Made by a program: the position numbers and the translations under genes
Notes under the pieces: generated by a model
What the model saw: only the letters and a program-made list of their open reading frames with translations
Databases searched by the model: none
Told to the model about the DNA's origin: nothing
Shown: positions 25,361-34,819 of the stretch, in pieces
Layout: the number at the start of each line of letters is the position of its first letter
Numbering within the stretch: position 1 is the first letter of the stretch
Origin: a virus
Lineage: Duplodnaviria; Caudoviricetes
Strand: one strand, 5' to 3'
Length of the DNA stretch: 64,000 nt
IMG/VR virus record: IMGVR_UViG_3300013426_000016
Coordinates: 139,857-203,856 of that record

Positions 25361-26177
25361 TCTTACTAACAGCTCCTCCGATAGCTAAAGGGATCAAATA
25401 ATATCTCCCAGTAATAGCATCTCAAACTCGTTTTGGTTTCTTTTTCCAATTATAGCTATTTAAGAAAGGAGTCGCAAGCCCGTCCTTATTAGAAGTATCC
25501 TCAAAAAACCTTAAAGCAGCCTGCTTTCCAGGATACTTAGTTCCTATCGGAAGATTAAGTTCTCTTCCTATATGCAAGGCGTTAACAGCAGCTTCAGCTG
25601 GATCTGAGAGATAAGGATCTAATAAACCTTCGTCTGTTAAAAGTTTATCTGTCTTTCATAGATAAAACGCTTTAGTATCTGCATAGGAATCTAGAGTCTC
25701 TGGAGTTTGTAGTTCAGAAGGCACATCTCCATACCCTCCTCTATGTAAAGTTTCATGAAAAGCTGTATGGCTAGGTTCTCCCAAAGTGGAAATATACATT
25801 TGATCTAGGTAAGGAAATTTTCTCGAAGTATATGTTCTACCGAGAGCACTATCCTCTATAAGTCCAGGGTATAAAAAATACCCATCCTGTTTTCCTCCTA
25901 CTCAAACAGAGTTTTTAACAAAAGGCTCTTCTGGTTTTTCCATAGGAATTCGGGCACGAACACCACCCATATAAAAAGGTTTAAAATTAGGAAACCTTGT
26001 TCTTTTCGCTATCCTACTGTTATTTTTATCTGAATTTCATTTAACTTCAGAGTTTAAAAAATTAATAGCAGCGGATCTTCCATTATTAATGTCTTCTAAA
26101 AGATTTTCCACATTTATTTTCCCAGAAGGTTTTAAATACTTTTGGGCTATAAATTTTGCATTATTTATTATTGGCAT
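25353..26177 (-). CDS. Zincin-like metallopeptidase, 274 aa, missed by the ORF track (TGA=Trp)
   Basis: MPIINNAK..FHETLH..YLSDPAEAAVN..KYPG..KRV-W-DAITG; four in-frame TGAs. Confidence 0.8.
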
Positions 26178-27132
26178 AAGTTTCCACTCACGTTTTAAAT
26201 TTATTTAAGTCTTTTGGATATTGAGAAAGACTCTTAAAAGAAGAATATTTCTCCCCTCACCACATTCTAACAATATCATCTTGCTCTCTTGTAGGTCTCT
26301 CTAAGAAAGATTCCCATACGGATTTAGAAATTATAGGCGGAGTATAATTAAAGTCTTGTTGTATAAAGCCTATATGCTGAGGAGTAAGTGTCTCTGGATC
26401 TATTCCAGAATACAATTCCTCCATAATAAGAGAAGCTGGTCTAGAAGTAATCTTCCCTACAGCATTAATGGCTTTACCAAATACTTGAGGTAAACCTGTT
26501 CCACGCCCAGCTTTAATTACTTTATATGTATCTGTTAACTTCTTAACATAATTAGGATCTTCGGCATAACCACCAGCTTTTACTCGATCATAAAATTGAT
26601 TCGGATCTCCAGTAAAGGCATTGTATCGTTTTCCATTTAAAAGGTCGATTTTAGCATTAACCCATTCATCTAAAGAGTTATAATTTCTAAATTTCTGAGA
26701 AATAGTATTTCCAAGACCATCTTTATCATTTCCCATTGTATAAGACTGATCTCCTATAGCAGTAATATTACCATAATTATAATTTCCACTATACTTACTT
26801 CCATAAGCAGATTCTAAAGCATCCTGTGCAACAAGCATATAAGCATAAGAAGGATCGAGTCCTTTAGCATTTAAAGCAGAAGAGTAAGCAGCATATAAGT
26901 CAGAAACAAATTCATCTCTATCTGTGTAGCGCTTGGACTGCTTCGGAGCAGTAGGTCTCTGTATAGTAGCTAAACCAGAAGTTGTTGTATAAGCCTTACT
27001 TGTTATTGGAGTTGTAATCTTTGGAAGAGTATACTCTTTGGAGGCGGATAAGGAAGTGTAATCTGGTAAAATATCCTCTTCATATTTATGTACACTTTGA
27101 GGAATATCTATAGTTTTTAAGTATTTTATCAT
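26161..27132 (-). CDS. Glucosaminidase (GH73/FlgJ-like) domain protein, TGA=Trp
   Basis: AQDALESAYG, NYGNI, FRNYNS, GGYAEDPNY. Confidence 0.85.
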
Positions 27133-27173
27133 AATGTAATGTTTTAAATAAATGCTAAGTTACTATAAAAATT

Positions 27174-28697
27174 TTATGATTCCAAATATATAGAAATAGC
27201 TTTTAAAGGAGTAAAATCATAAATATTAACTCTCTTACCATTGATTCTATTCATACTTTTAGTATAGTATTGCGAAATTGAATTTAACACGGAGTCCGCT
27301 ATAATTTTATTATTAAAATAAATAGGAAGAAGTATTTTACTTATTTCTGCATAAGTTACTTTTAATGCTGGTAACTGTTTATATAGAGTTTTTAAAAGTT
27401 CTTTATTTTCTATTTTAACTTCACATTTTTCTTGCTGTGTAACATTCTTAATAACGCTGATGGTATTATTAAATATTTTAGTAATAATATTAAAATTCTG
27501 TATATCTATCTTTTTAAGATTAGGATCATATATAACCTTATTTGATTTAGCTCCTAAATATCTTATATGGTAATTTTCCGGATCACCACAATATAAATCA
27601 TATTGTTTGTTTTGTGTAACTATCGAACTCTTATTAATATCTCTTTCAAATATAACAGCCTCATCTCTAAGTTTATCAGAATCCATCATAAACTCGGATT
27701 CTTGCTTATAATGCATATATCTATGATTACTGGTATTACATATAAATAACACCTCATCTTTATATGCCGAATCTCTCAATCTTCCGCATATTTGTATCAT
27801 TAGTGTAGAAATATCTATAAGAGTTTGCGCTATATGAGTATCTGAAACTATTAAAGTTTTACCTACTGGATCATATATATCCACCCCTTCAAAAGCAGTA
27901 GCAGTATAAAAATTAAGTTTACAAACAGGGGAATTAATAGAAGAAACCTTTAATTGTCCACCAGAACGAAGATCCTTATTTTCAGCATCTTTAGAGCATA
28001 TAGTACGAAAATTAACATCTTTAAGATCTTTTACGATAGTTCGGATTGTGTTTATGGAATTAATAAATATATGCAAATTATAATCTTTTGATAAACACTT
28101 ATTTACCTCTTTAAGAATTTCTTTTGTTGTAAAGTAAGTACTTCTAATTGTAATTTTCATTTTAACTGCCTGTGGCCAAGTAAGAGTAATGCGAGGAAGA
28201 TCTTTAATTTCTTCAAGAATATTAAAATCCTCTAATGGAGTAGCAGTCATAAAACAAAAATCTCTAAACTTAGAATAATTATCTAATATATACTTTATAG
28301 GCTTGTATCTAAATGAATAGCTATTAAAGAGAATATGATACTCATCTATTAATAAAAAGTAGTCAAAAGCTTTTTCTCCAAGTACATTAAGAATTTTAGG
28401 AAGGGAATCGTATGTTCCTATTAGTTTTTTATATTTGGAACGAGCCTGTAAAGCAAGAGACAAATCAGATTCAGAAATCTCGCCATATACTCCGATTAAC
28501 TGCTTATATGCTGCACATTTATTTAATACGAGATTTATATTAGGTACTAATATAATAGAGTTTCTTTTACTTTCTATCTCCAAGGTAGTTCCTCCACAAC
28601 CAGTAATACCTTTGTTAAAAAGACATCTAGAGGGAAGCTTAGAAAGCTCGTCAGAAAGAAATTTGGAAGTTGGTTTTACATTAATTGTTTGATTCAT
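27174..28697 (-). CDS. Superfamily 2 helicase-like protein
   Basis: TGCGGT, IDEYH, TATP, AFEGVD, QICGRLR motifs. Confidence 0.8.
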   Translation of the reverse strand: MNQTINVKPTSKFLSDELSKLPSRCLFNKGITGCGGTTLEIESKRNSIILVPNINLVLNKCAAYKQLIGVYGEISESDLSLALQARSKYKKLIGTYDSLPKILNVLGEKAFDYFLLIDEYHILFNSYSFRYKPIKYILDNYSKFRDFCFMTATPLEDFNILEEIKDLPRITLTWPQAVKMKITIRSTYFTTKEILKEVNKCLSKDYNLHIFINSINTIRTIVKDLKDVNFRTICSKDAENKDLRSGGQLKVSSINSPVCKLNFYTATAFEGVDIYDPVGKTLIVSDTHIAQTLIDISTLMIQICGRLRDSAYKDEVLFICNTSNHRYMHYKQESEFMMDSDKLRDEAVIFERDINKSSIVTQNKQYDLYCGDPENYHIRYLGAKSNKVIYDPNLKKIDIQNFNIITKIFNNTISVIKNVTQQEKCEVKIENKELLKTLYKQLPALKVTYAEISKILLPIYFNNKIIADSVLNSISQYYTKSMNRINGKRVNIYDFTPLKAISIYLES

Positions 28698-28887
28698 AAT
28701 AATTTAATTAAATTTAAAGGTGAAAAAGATTTTATACTGCAAGGGGGGGAGTGTCAAAAGTCTTATATAACTGTCAAACCCCCCCTTTGCACCTTCAAAT
28801 TTAATACTTATTTTTCTTAAATACAAATAAGAAAACATAAAAAACCAATTAAATAAATTAATATGAGTTGAAAATAAATTGATAACT

Positions 28888-28941
28888 AACTATACTTAAT
28901 ATATTTAATATACTTAATAGATTTAATGAACTAGACTTAAT
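28888..28941. repeat. AT-rich ~9-nt periodic repeat with AACTATACTTAAT
   Basis: Same core recurs three times at 34173-34213. Confidence 0.6.
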
Positions 28942-29109
28942 GGCTTGTAAAGAGGGATGAGGATATGTTATACGAGGAGAGACACTCTACTAAAAACACC
29001 CCGGGGCCTAATGAAAGGGAAAATCGATTTCAATTTGCTTACCTTTCCAAAATTTTAGGAAATCAAATTTACTAAGACTCTCCTTATACGTAAGTAAATT
29101 TAATTAGAT

Positions 29110-29328
29110 ATGAGAGTACTATATCATTGTGAATTTCGTTCTCCATCTAAGAGATTGGTGGAGAACAAAGAAATTGAGATCAAAGATCTTATTACGACAT
29201 TTGACCACATTAAAGAGGACAATCCTGCTTTCCTTTCTTATTTCGTTGAGGAAGGAAAGCAATATATGCGTGCTCAGTATTCCGCCAACGGTGGAGAGTG
29301 GCAAGAGTCCTGGACAGAAATAAAATAG
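29110..29328 (+). CDS. Hypothetical early protein
   Basis: 72 aa ORF followed by terminator AAAATAGGG-GAAA-CCCTATTTT. Confidence 0.7.
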   Translation: MRVLYHCEFRSPSKRLVENKEIEIKDLITTFDHIKEDNPAFLSYFVEEGKQYMRAQYSANGGEWQESWTEIK

Positions 29329-29381
29329 GGGAAACCCTATTTTATTTTTCTTTAAATAACTAAGACTCTCTTCTTAGGGAT

Positions 29382-29852
29382 ATGAACGAACAATTCGTAC
29401 CGTTTGGCGCGACCATAGTGGCCGACGCTGACCGGGAGTCCGTACTCCGCAACTCCCACAACAAAGGCGGATTCAAGTTCTTCGGAGACGAGAAGATCGT
29501 CTTCGGAGACCGGGTTTTCTCAAAGCCTGTCCTCGATGAGAACGGGCAGCAGAGAACCCGTAACGGTAAGCCGTTGATCTCGGTCTCCATACAGGCCGAG
29601 GTGAATGGCCAGGAGGTGGCACTCTCAATGAGTACATTCGCCACCTTCCCGAAGGGTCTAGAGGGGATAGACCAATATCCCTTCATGAAGAAGCTGGTTC
29701 AATGCGCCAGCGACTTCGAGCGGTATCAGCTGCTCAAGGATAAGACCTTTACCGTCAGCATCTTCCACGGCCAGGGCATCGACTGGCTGAAAAGCACCGA
29801 GAAAGAGCGTGTCTATAGGGACCGTGACTTCCCGATGCTGAAGGAAGCCTAA
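29382..29852 (+). CDS. Hypothetical early protein, GC-rich codons
   Basis: 156 aa ORF followed by a terminator. Confidence 0.8.
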   Translation: MNEQFVPFGATIVADADRESVLRNSHNKGGFKFFGDEKIVFGDRVFSKPVLDENGQQRTRNGKPLISVSIQAEVNGQEVALSMSTFATFPKGLEGIDQYPFMKKLVQCASDFERYQLLKDKTFTVSIFHGQGIDWLKSTEKERVYRDRDFPMLKEA

Positions 29853-29854
29853 CG

Positions 29855-29886
29855 AAAAAAGAGAGGGGAAACCCTCTCTCTTTTTT
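29855..29886 (+). terminator. Intrinsic terminator
   Basis: AGAGAGGG-GAAA-CCCTCTCT plus T-tract. Confidence 0.8.
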
Positions 29887-30321
29887 CTTCCAAAATAACT
29901 AAGACCCAACCAAGAGGCACATCCTCTTAGCAACACCTTATTGACTAAGACCCATACACTACTTAGCGTAGTACACCACGGAGATTGAATGATTTTCCGC
30001 ACGTGGTCACTACACTATCATTACTAAAAAACTAGCTACTACATGATTGGAGCGTAGTGTAGTAGTGATTAAAACTTCCGGTATATGTAGGTTAACCGGG
30101 CTCCATATGTAACCCTTGCTCGTTGGGTTAATACGGGTCACAAGTCTTCCCAAAGAGACGTGTAGCTTTGGGGTCTCTTACAACATAAGGAAGGGTGTTG
30201 TAAAGGGTCATGTTACCTTCTGAGGACTTATAGGTGACTCCTATAAGTGGGTACTCCATTAGTTCGTCAGCTAATAACGGAGTACGCCCCTATTGTGGAT
30301 GCATACATAATAGGGTTTTAT

Positions 30322-30394
30322 AGCGGGATAGAGCAGAGGTCAGCTTGCCAGTCTCATAAACTGGAGGTCGGTGGTTCGAATCCATCTCCCGCTA
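30322..30394 (+). tRNA. tRNA-Met (CAT), elongator-type
   Basis: AGCGGGA/TCCCGCT acceptor, CCAGT-CTCATAA-ACTGG anticodon arm, TTCGAAT T-loop. Confidence 0.9.
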
Positions 30395-30466
30395 CTAATG
30401 TTTGTTGATTGGTCCAAGTCAAAGACTGTCGTGAGATACTCTTTGATTTTTAATCTTTTTTTTATT

Positions 30467-30880
30467 ATGAAGACAGTAGATCAAGTAATGACATGGTTAG
30501 TCTACCAAGGTATTTATAACAAGGTTATCAAATACCTAAAAGACAATGGAACAACTCTTGAAGAGGCTCTTAAAGAAGAGGGAGAAAATCTTCTTTTGAA
30601 TGGCGTTTGTTGGGTTAATACCAAAGAGAGTGATGCTTCTTGGGAAAAGAGTGTTGCTTTTTGGGAAGAGAAGAATATGCTTTTTAAAAGGTTTTATTGT
30701 TCTCCGAAAACTTTTGTATGTTTTCATGAAGCCATAGTAGTAGCTACTATATGGAAGCAGGATGATATGAAAGTAACTGAAGAGCAGCTTCTTGCAAAAT
30801 GTCCAGAAGCAGACTATGCAATTATTGACGATGAGGTTTGTTACTTGTATAAGACAGGTATAACCATCTCGGAGATCTAA
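30467..30880 (+). CDS. Hypothetical protein
   Basis: Start reset to ATG 30467 to avoid the tRNA; terminator at 30884-30916. Confidence 0.7.
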   Translation: MKTVDQVMTWLVYQGIYNKVIKYLKDNGTTLEEALKEEGENLLLNGVCWVNTKESDASWEKSVAFWEEKNMLFKRFYCSPKTFVCFHEAIVVATIWKQDDMKVTEEQLLAKCPEADYAIIDDEVCYLYKTGITISEI

Positions 30881-31065
30881 AGAAATCCCAGGGAAAAATT
30901 TCTCTGGGATTTTTTTAAAAATATTTGGAAATGTCAAATATTTTTTTATCGCGCGCGCGTGCGTATATAATAATAGGTATATCGAGTCAGTGCTGAGCAC
31001 TCTGAAGAGTCTTTGAAAATTAAGACGAAACTCGGCAAGAAGTTTAATATTTAATTTAAGTAAAA

Positions 31066-31539
31066 ATGCTTGAAGTAAGTAATTTTCCTATACTGGCAGG
31101 AAGTAATGAAAGGCCAGTAACAACTATCGCAGCAGATAAGCTGAAAGAAGTCGGAGCAAATAATGGAGCATTTGCTCTTCACACAGATGATGTTGTCGAA
31201 TTCTTCGATGATGAGCCTATGGTTATCAGTCAGAAGATTCGTAACACTGCTAACTCTCCTGTAGCCTATTATGTAGGCGTAAAGAGGAACGGGAAACCTT
31301 CATGGCTTCCAGTAGGCTGGTTCACTCGTAGAGATGCAAAGGGTGATCCTATCGGTAAGTTCCAAGAGATAAATATGAAGTGTCCTAACTTCGGAGAGGT
31401 ATATGCTATCTGGAGAGGTAAGACCATTAAAGGTGGTCCTATGAAGGTACATCAGATGGCGAAGTTTGATCAGCAGACTGGTCAGCGTATCGAAGGAGAA
31501 ACTCGTCCTCAGTCATTCTCAGAGGTTATCTTTGAGTAA
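31066..31539 (+). CDS. Hypothetical protein, possible distant paralog of 29382-29852
   Basis: 157 aa; similar length and layout. Confidence 0.75.
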   Translation: MLEVSNFPILAGSNERPVTTIAADKLKEVGANNGAFALHTDDVVEFFDDEPMVISQKIRNTANSPVAYYVGVKRNGKPSWLPVGWFTRRDAKGDPIGKFQEINMKCPNFGEVYAIWRGKTIKGGPMKVHQMAKFDQQTGQRIEGETRPQSFSEVIFE

Positions 31540-31727
31540 TGACTGTCTACGGGCATCTAGAAGGTAATACCCTCATATCTAACGCTGGAGTATTTAAAGT
31601 TACTCAGTGTTTAGATATTGAGGGTGATGCCTATTTTGAAATTAAATACTACTGTGACGCTTTTGGTTTGCCTTTTTATGTGGTTTGCAATGTATTGTAG
31701 TTCGTTCATATATGCCACAGTAGTAAC

Positions 31728-31762
31728 AAAAAAGCCCTCGTTGTGATAACAAGGGCTTTTTT
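31728..31762. terminator. Bidirectional terminator
   Basis: AAAAAGCCCT...AGGGCTTTTT. Confidence 0.75.
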
Positions 31763-31808
31763 ATTAATTTCCATATAAGGAAAAATTTTGGTGTAGAATA
31801 CTGTTTTA

Positions 31809-32252
31809 TTAAGAAAGATCGAAAGTAATACGAAGTTCTGTATTTTTTAATAAATCTTTTCTAGCAGTTAAATCTCCTTTTCAAAAGATTTGGGGATTGA
31901 TTAAATAAGATCCGTTCTCTCCAGAAATAAGTTTAAGAGTTTTTAAGGTTTTAAGATAGTTACTAATAGAGTTAGTAGCTAATCCTAATGTAGTATGAAT
32001 CTCTTTCCTATCAGCAGTAGTAAGGGAAACTTTTCCTGTATTAAACTCTGCATGTTGACACATCCATATGAGAAGATTTTTAGCACCTTCTGGCTTTAAT
32101 CCAAATAAAGGACTAACATAGTCTATGAAAGTCATATAAAAAGAATCTTCTGTCACTTTGGTAGTAAAAGTTCTCGAAGAATCTATTTTTACTACTTCTC
32201 CGGTTTGGGAATCTACAATTTCCCGTTGTACAATTTGTTGTAATTTTGGCAT
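31809..32252 (-). CDS. RepL-like wHTH protein, 147 aa (TGA=Trp)
   Basis: VDSQTGEV..FYMTF..YLINPQIF-W-KGD; the paralog has TGG at the same site (INPEMFWKGD). Confidence 0.75.
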
Positions 32253-32325
32253 AATTTTTTTATTTAAAGTTACAAAAATTTTTGTACAAAAACAAATGAA
32301 TATGTATAATTTACATTTTTTTTTG

Positions 32326-32380
32326 TAAAATATTCATGTCACATGTAAAATGTTCATGTCACATGAATATTATTCATGTG
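32326..32380. repeat. Iteron-like repeats, 3x TTCATGT, 20-nt period
   Basis: Cores at 32333, 32353, 32373. Confidence 0.75.
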
Positions 32381-32473
32381 TGGTGTACATAAAAAAATGT
32401 ACATCTCGGTATTTTACAGATTCTCAGAAAGTTATAGGGTTTTGTTAGTTTTCCCCCTTCTTATATTATTGGT

Positions 32474-32515
32474 AAACATATAAAGAGAAAGAAAATTAAA
32501 AAGGATATTCTTTTT
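32474..32515. repeat. 42-bp perfect direct repeat (second copy 33248-33289)
   Basis: AAACATATAAAGAGAAAGAAAATTAAAAAGGATATTCTTTTT at both sites. Confidence 0.95.
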
Positions 32516-32517
32516 TA

Positions 32518-33027
32518 TTAATATTTTGGAGGATCTTGTGAAAGAGAGGGATCTTCATAAGAAGATTGAAAAGTGATAATTAAATCTTTTCTTTTCTTTA
32601 AATCTCCTTTCCAAAACATTTCTGGATTAATAGTATAATCTCCTTTTACTGGTTTAATTTCTCCTGTAGAAGAGTTTACTACAGTTTCTTGAAAAAGAGC
32701 TTTATTCTCAATGAGTTGATTAAGTGCTTGTGTAAAAGAACTTTTTTTAATTCCAAGTTCTTCCATAATAGTAACTCGTCTTCCCGGAGAAAGTGATACT
32801 TTTCCTGTTTCTCATTCTGCAAATTCTAAAAGTTTATAAAGAACTTTTAAAGGAGTAATACTTTTGATTCCATACATTCAACCCACACAGTTAACGAAGG
32901 TCATATAAAATTTATCTTCGTCATCTACTTTGAAATTAATCTTTTTTTCGATAGTTTGAACTCTCGCTCTTCCGCATTCATCATAAAGTGTTCTTTCGGA
33001 AGAAAATGTTGTGTACTTTTTAGACAT
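32518..33027 (-). CDS. RepL-like wHTH protein, 169 aa (TGA=Trp)
   Basis: Joins 32878-33069 and 32518-32766; FYMTF, AE-W-ETGKVSL, INPEMFWKGD. Confidence 0.75.
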
Positions 33028-33120
33028 TTTTAAATTTTGTTTAATTAAAATAATCTTTTGTTTATACAAAAATAAACAAAGTTTACAACTTAAACAAACA
33101 AAGTTTAAAAAAAAGTAAAC

Positions 33121-33182
33121 AAAGTTAGCTCAAAACAGTCGTTAGTTAGCTCAGAACAACCAAAAGTTAGCTCAAAACAACC
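33121..33182. repeat. Iteron-like repeats, 3x AGTTAGCTCA, 21-nt period
   Basis: Cores at 33123, 33144, 33165. Confidence 0.8.
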
Positions 33183-33269
33183 ATATTTTTTTGTTAAGAA
33201 ACTGATTTAAAAGCAGTTGTGTATTTTTCTCTTCTAATCTAATTAGCAAACATATAAAGAGAAAGAAAA

Positions 33270-34001
33270 TTAAAAAGGATATTCTTTTTGTATTCTTGGT
33301 AAGAGTTGTTTTTTAAGTTCTTCAAGTTCTCTAAGAAGAAGTTCTTTATCTTTCTTAAGACTTGCGATTTCTTTTTCTGTTTCAGAAATACGCCATTCAT
33401 GGTCATTTAAAGCAAAAACTATGGCTTGCCCTATTTTATTTAAGTTATATATAGTCTCTTTGTTTATTAGACCTGTTTCTGGATTTTTAGTCTTAAGTGT
33501 AACTTGAGTAGCAAAACCTTTCTCTATAAGAGAAGAAGTTGTTTTTGCTATTGTATGCCGATTAAGTCCTGTTTTTTCAGCTAATTCATTATCTGAATAA
33601 GAGACTTTTCCAATACCATTTTCTTTAAACATAAACTGTTGAGTACAAAGAATTTGTAGTTTTTCAGCTTTTGTTAACTCAGGATTATCTAAAAATTCAT
33701 AACTAAAAGGTTCAAAGGACTTTTCGTTATTAAAAGTATAGATTGTTCCAATACCAGGATTTATTTCGACAGACATATATCCTTTATTTACAATTTGTTG
33801 TATTATCTTTCTAATTGTTGGTATAGAGCAGCCAGTATCTTTTTGAATTCTATCTAAAGATGGATATGCTTTCATTGTAGTTTTATTCATATATCGCCTA
33901 AGTGCTACATATACCAAGATCTCATATTTTTGTAGTAATTCTCCATTTTCTTTCTTTGGAAGAACTACAAATTGTGTAGTTGTGTGTTTATTTGTTTCCA
34001 T
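33270..34001 (-). CDS. Double wHTH replication-initiator-like protein
   Basis: AYPSLDRIQKDTGCSIPTIRK and SDNELAEKTGLNRHTI HTH motifs. Confidence 0.7.
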   Translation of the reverse strand: METNKHTTTQFVVLPKKENGELLQKYEILVYVALRRYMNKTTMKAYPSLDRIQKDTGCSIPTIRKIIQQIVNKGYMSVEINPGIGTIYTFNNEKSFEPFSYEFLDNPELTKAEKLQILCTQQFMFKENGIGKVSYSDNELAEKTGLNRHTIAKTTSSLIEKGFATQVTLKTKNPETGLINKETIYNLNKIGQAIVFALNDHEWRISETEKEIASLKKDKELLLRELEELKKQLLPRIQKEYPF

Positions 34002-34080
34002 ATTTCATATTTTTAATCATATGCAAATGTAGGAAATAAAATGAACATATAAAAATATTTTTCTATTTTTATGCCCTATT

Positions 34081-34213
34081 TTCAGGGCATTGGCTATATT
34101 TTTCAGACCATTGGCTAAAAAGTACCTGACCATTGGCTATATTTTTCAGACCATTGGCTATATTTTTCAACGAACTATACTTAATACTATACTTAATCGT
34201 AACTATACTTAAT
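34081..34213. repeat. Iteron-like repeats (4x CATTGGCTA, 21-22 nt period) plus 3x ACTATACTTAAT; candidate origin
   Basis: Cores at 34088, 34109, 34131, 34152; AT-rich repeats 34173-34213. Confidence 0.75.
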
Positions 34214-34221
34214 CGCGATTT

Positions 34222-34473
34222 ATGAAATATATCCTCAAAACAAAAGTTAGATTTCTAGGTATCTCTAACGTTCAGTATTTCCTCTTATCTGTAGAATCAG
34301 ATGCATTTACAATCCAAGAACTTTCACGTAAAGAAGCTTGTGATTATATAGAGGAAAATAATCTTCCGAAAGTATTCTCGTCTCCAGACGGGTCAATATA
34401 TACAAATAATGGAAAAGATCTATTGTCTTCTCCACTTCTTCAACAAATATACGAGAAATTAGATGCAATCTAA
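34222..34473 (+). CDS. Hypothetical protein
   Basis: 83 aa, first gene of an overlapping operon. Confidence 0.65.
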   Translation: MKYILKTKVRFLGISNVQYFLLSVESDAFTIQELSRKEACDYIEENNLPKVFSSPDGSIYTNNGKDLLSSPLLQQIYEKLDAI

Positions 34474-34819
34474 ATCGGCTCCCTCTACATCTAGGATGAA
34501 TGAAGCCACAATCTCTCTCCTTACTAAAGTGTTTGGGTATCTACATCATTGTAATACCTTTCAGTCCTTTGAAGACCTTCTTAAAGGTGCTTCTATCTCT
34601 CCAGCTTATGTGTCTCGAATTAAATCCGTAGCCATAGACTGTCACATCCTTATAAAACAGGGAAATAAAGTGAAATATCGTAGTGGACTTACAAAGCCAT
34701 CTAAGAAGATGATTATTAACCTTATAGATAATGAGGTTAGACCTACTAGACTCTCACAATTCTCTGATAAATCAATAATTCGTGAACTTGCCTTTAGAGG
34801 CTACAAAATCTCAAAATAA
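34463..34819 (+). CDS. Hypothetical protein
   Basis: 118 aa; C-terminal FSDKSIIRELAFRGY. Confidence 0.65.
   Translation: MQSKSAPSTSRMNEATISLLTKVFGYLHHCNTFQSFEDLLKGASISPAYVSRIKSVAIDCHILIKQGNKVKYRSGLTKPSKKMIINLIDNEVRPTRLSQFSDKSIIRELAFRGYKISK

Noticed and set aside
2058-27132. Apparent pseudogenisation of terminase, tail, amidase and nuclease genes
   Set aside because: The breaks are in-frame TGAs at Trp-compatible sites; recoding explains them
30371-30466. N-terminal extension of ORF 30371-30880
   Set aside because: Overlaps tRNA-Met; ATG 30467 is the better start
31770-31790. Third, degenerate copy of the 42-bp repeat bounding the first repL module
   Set aside because: Only a short gapped AT-rich match, compatible with chance
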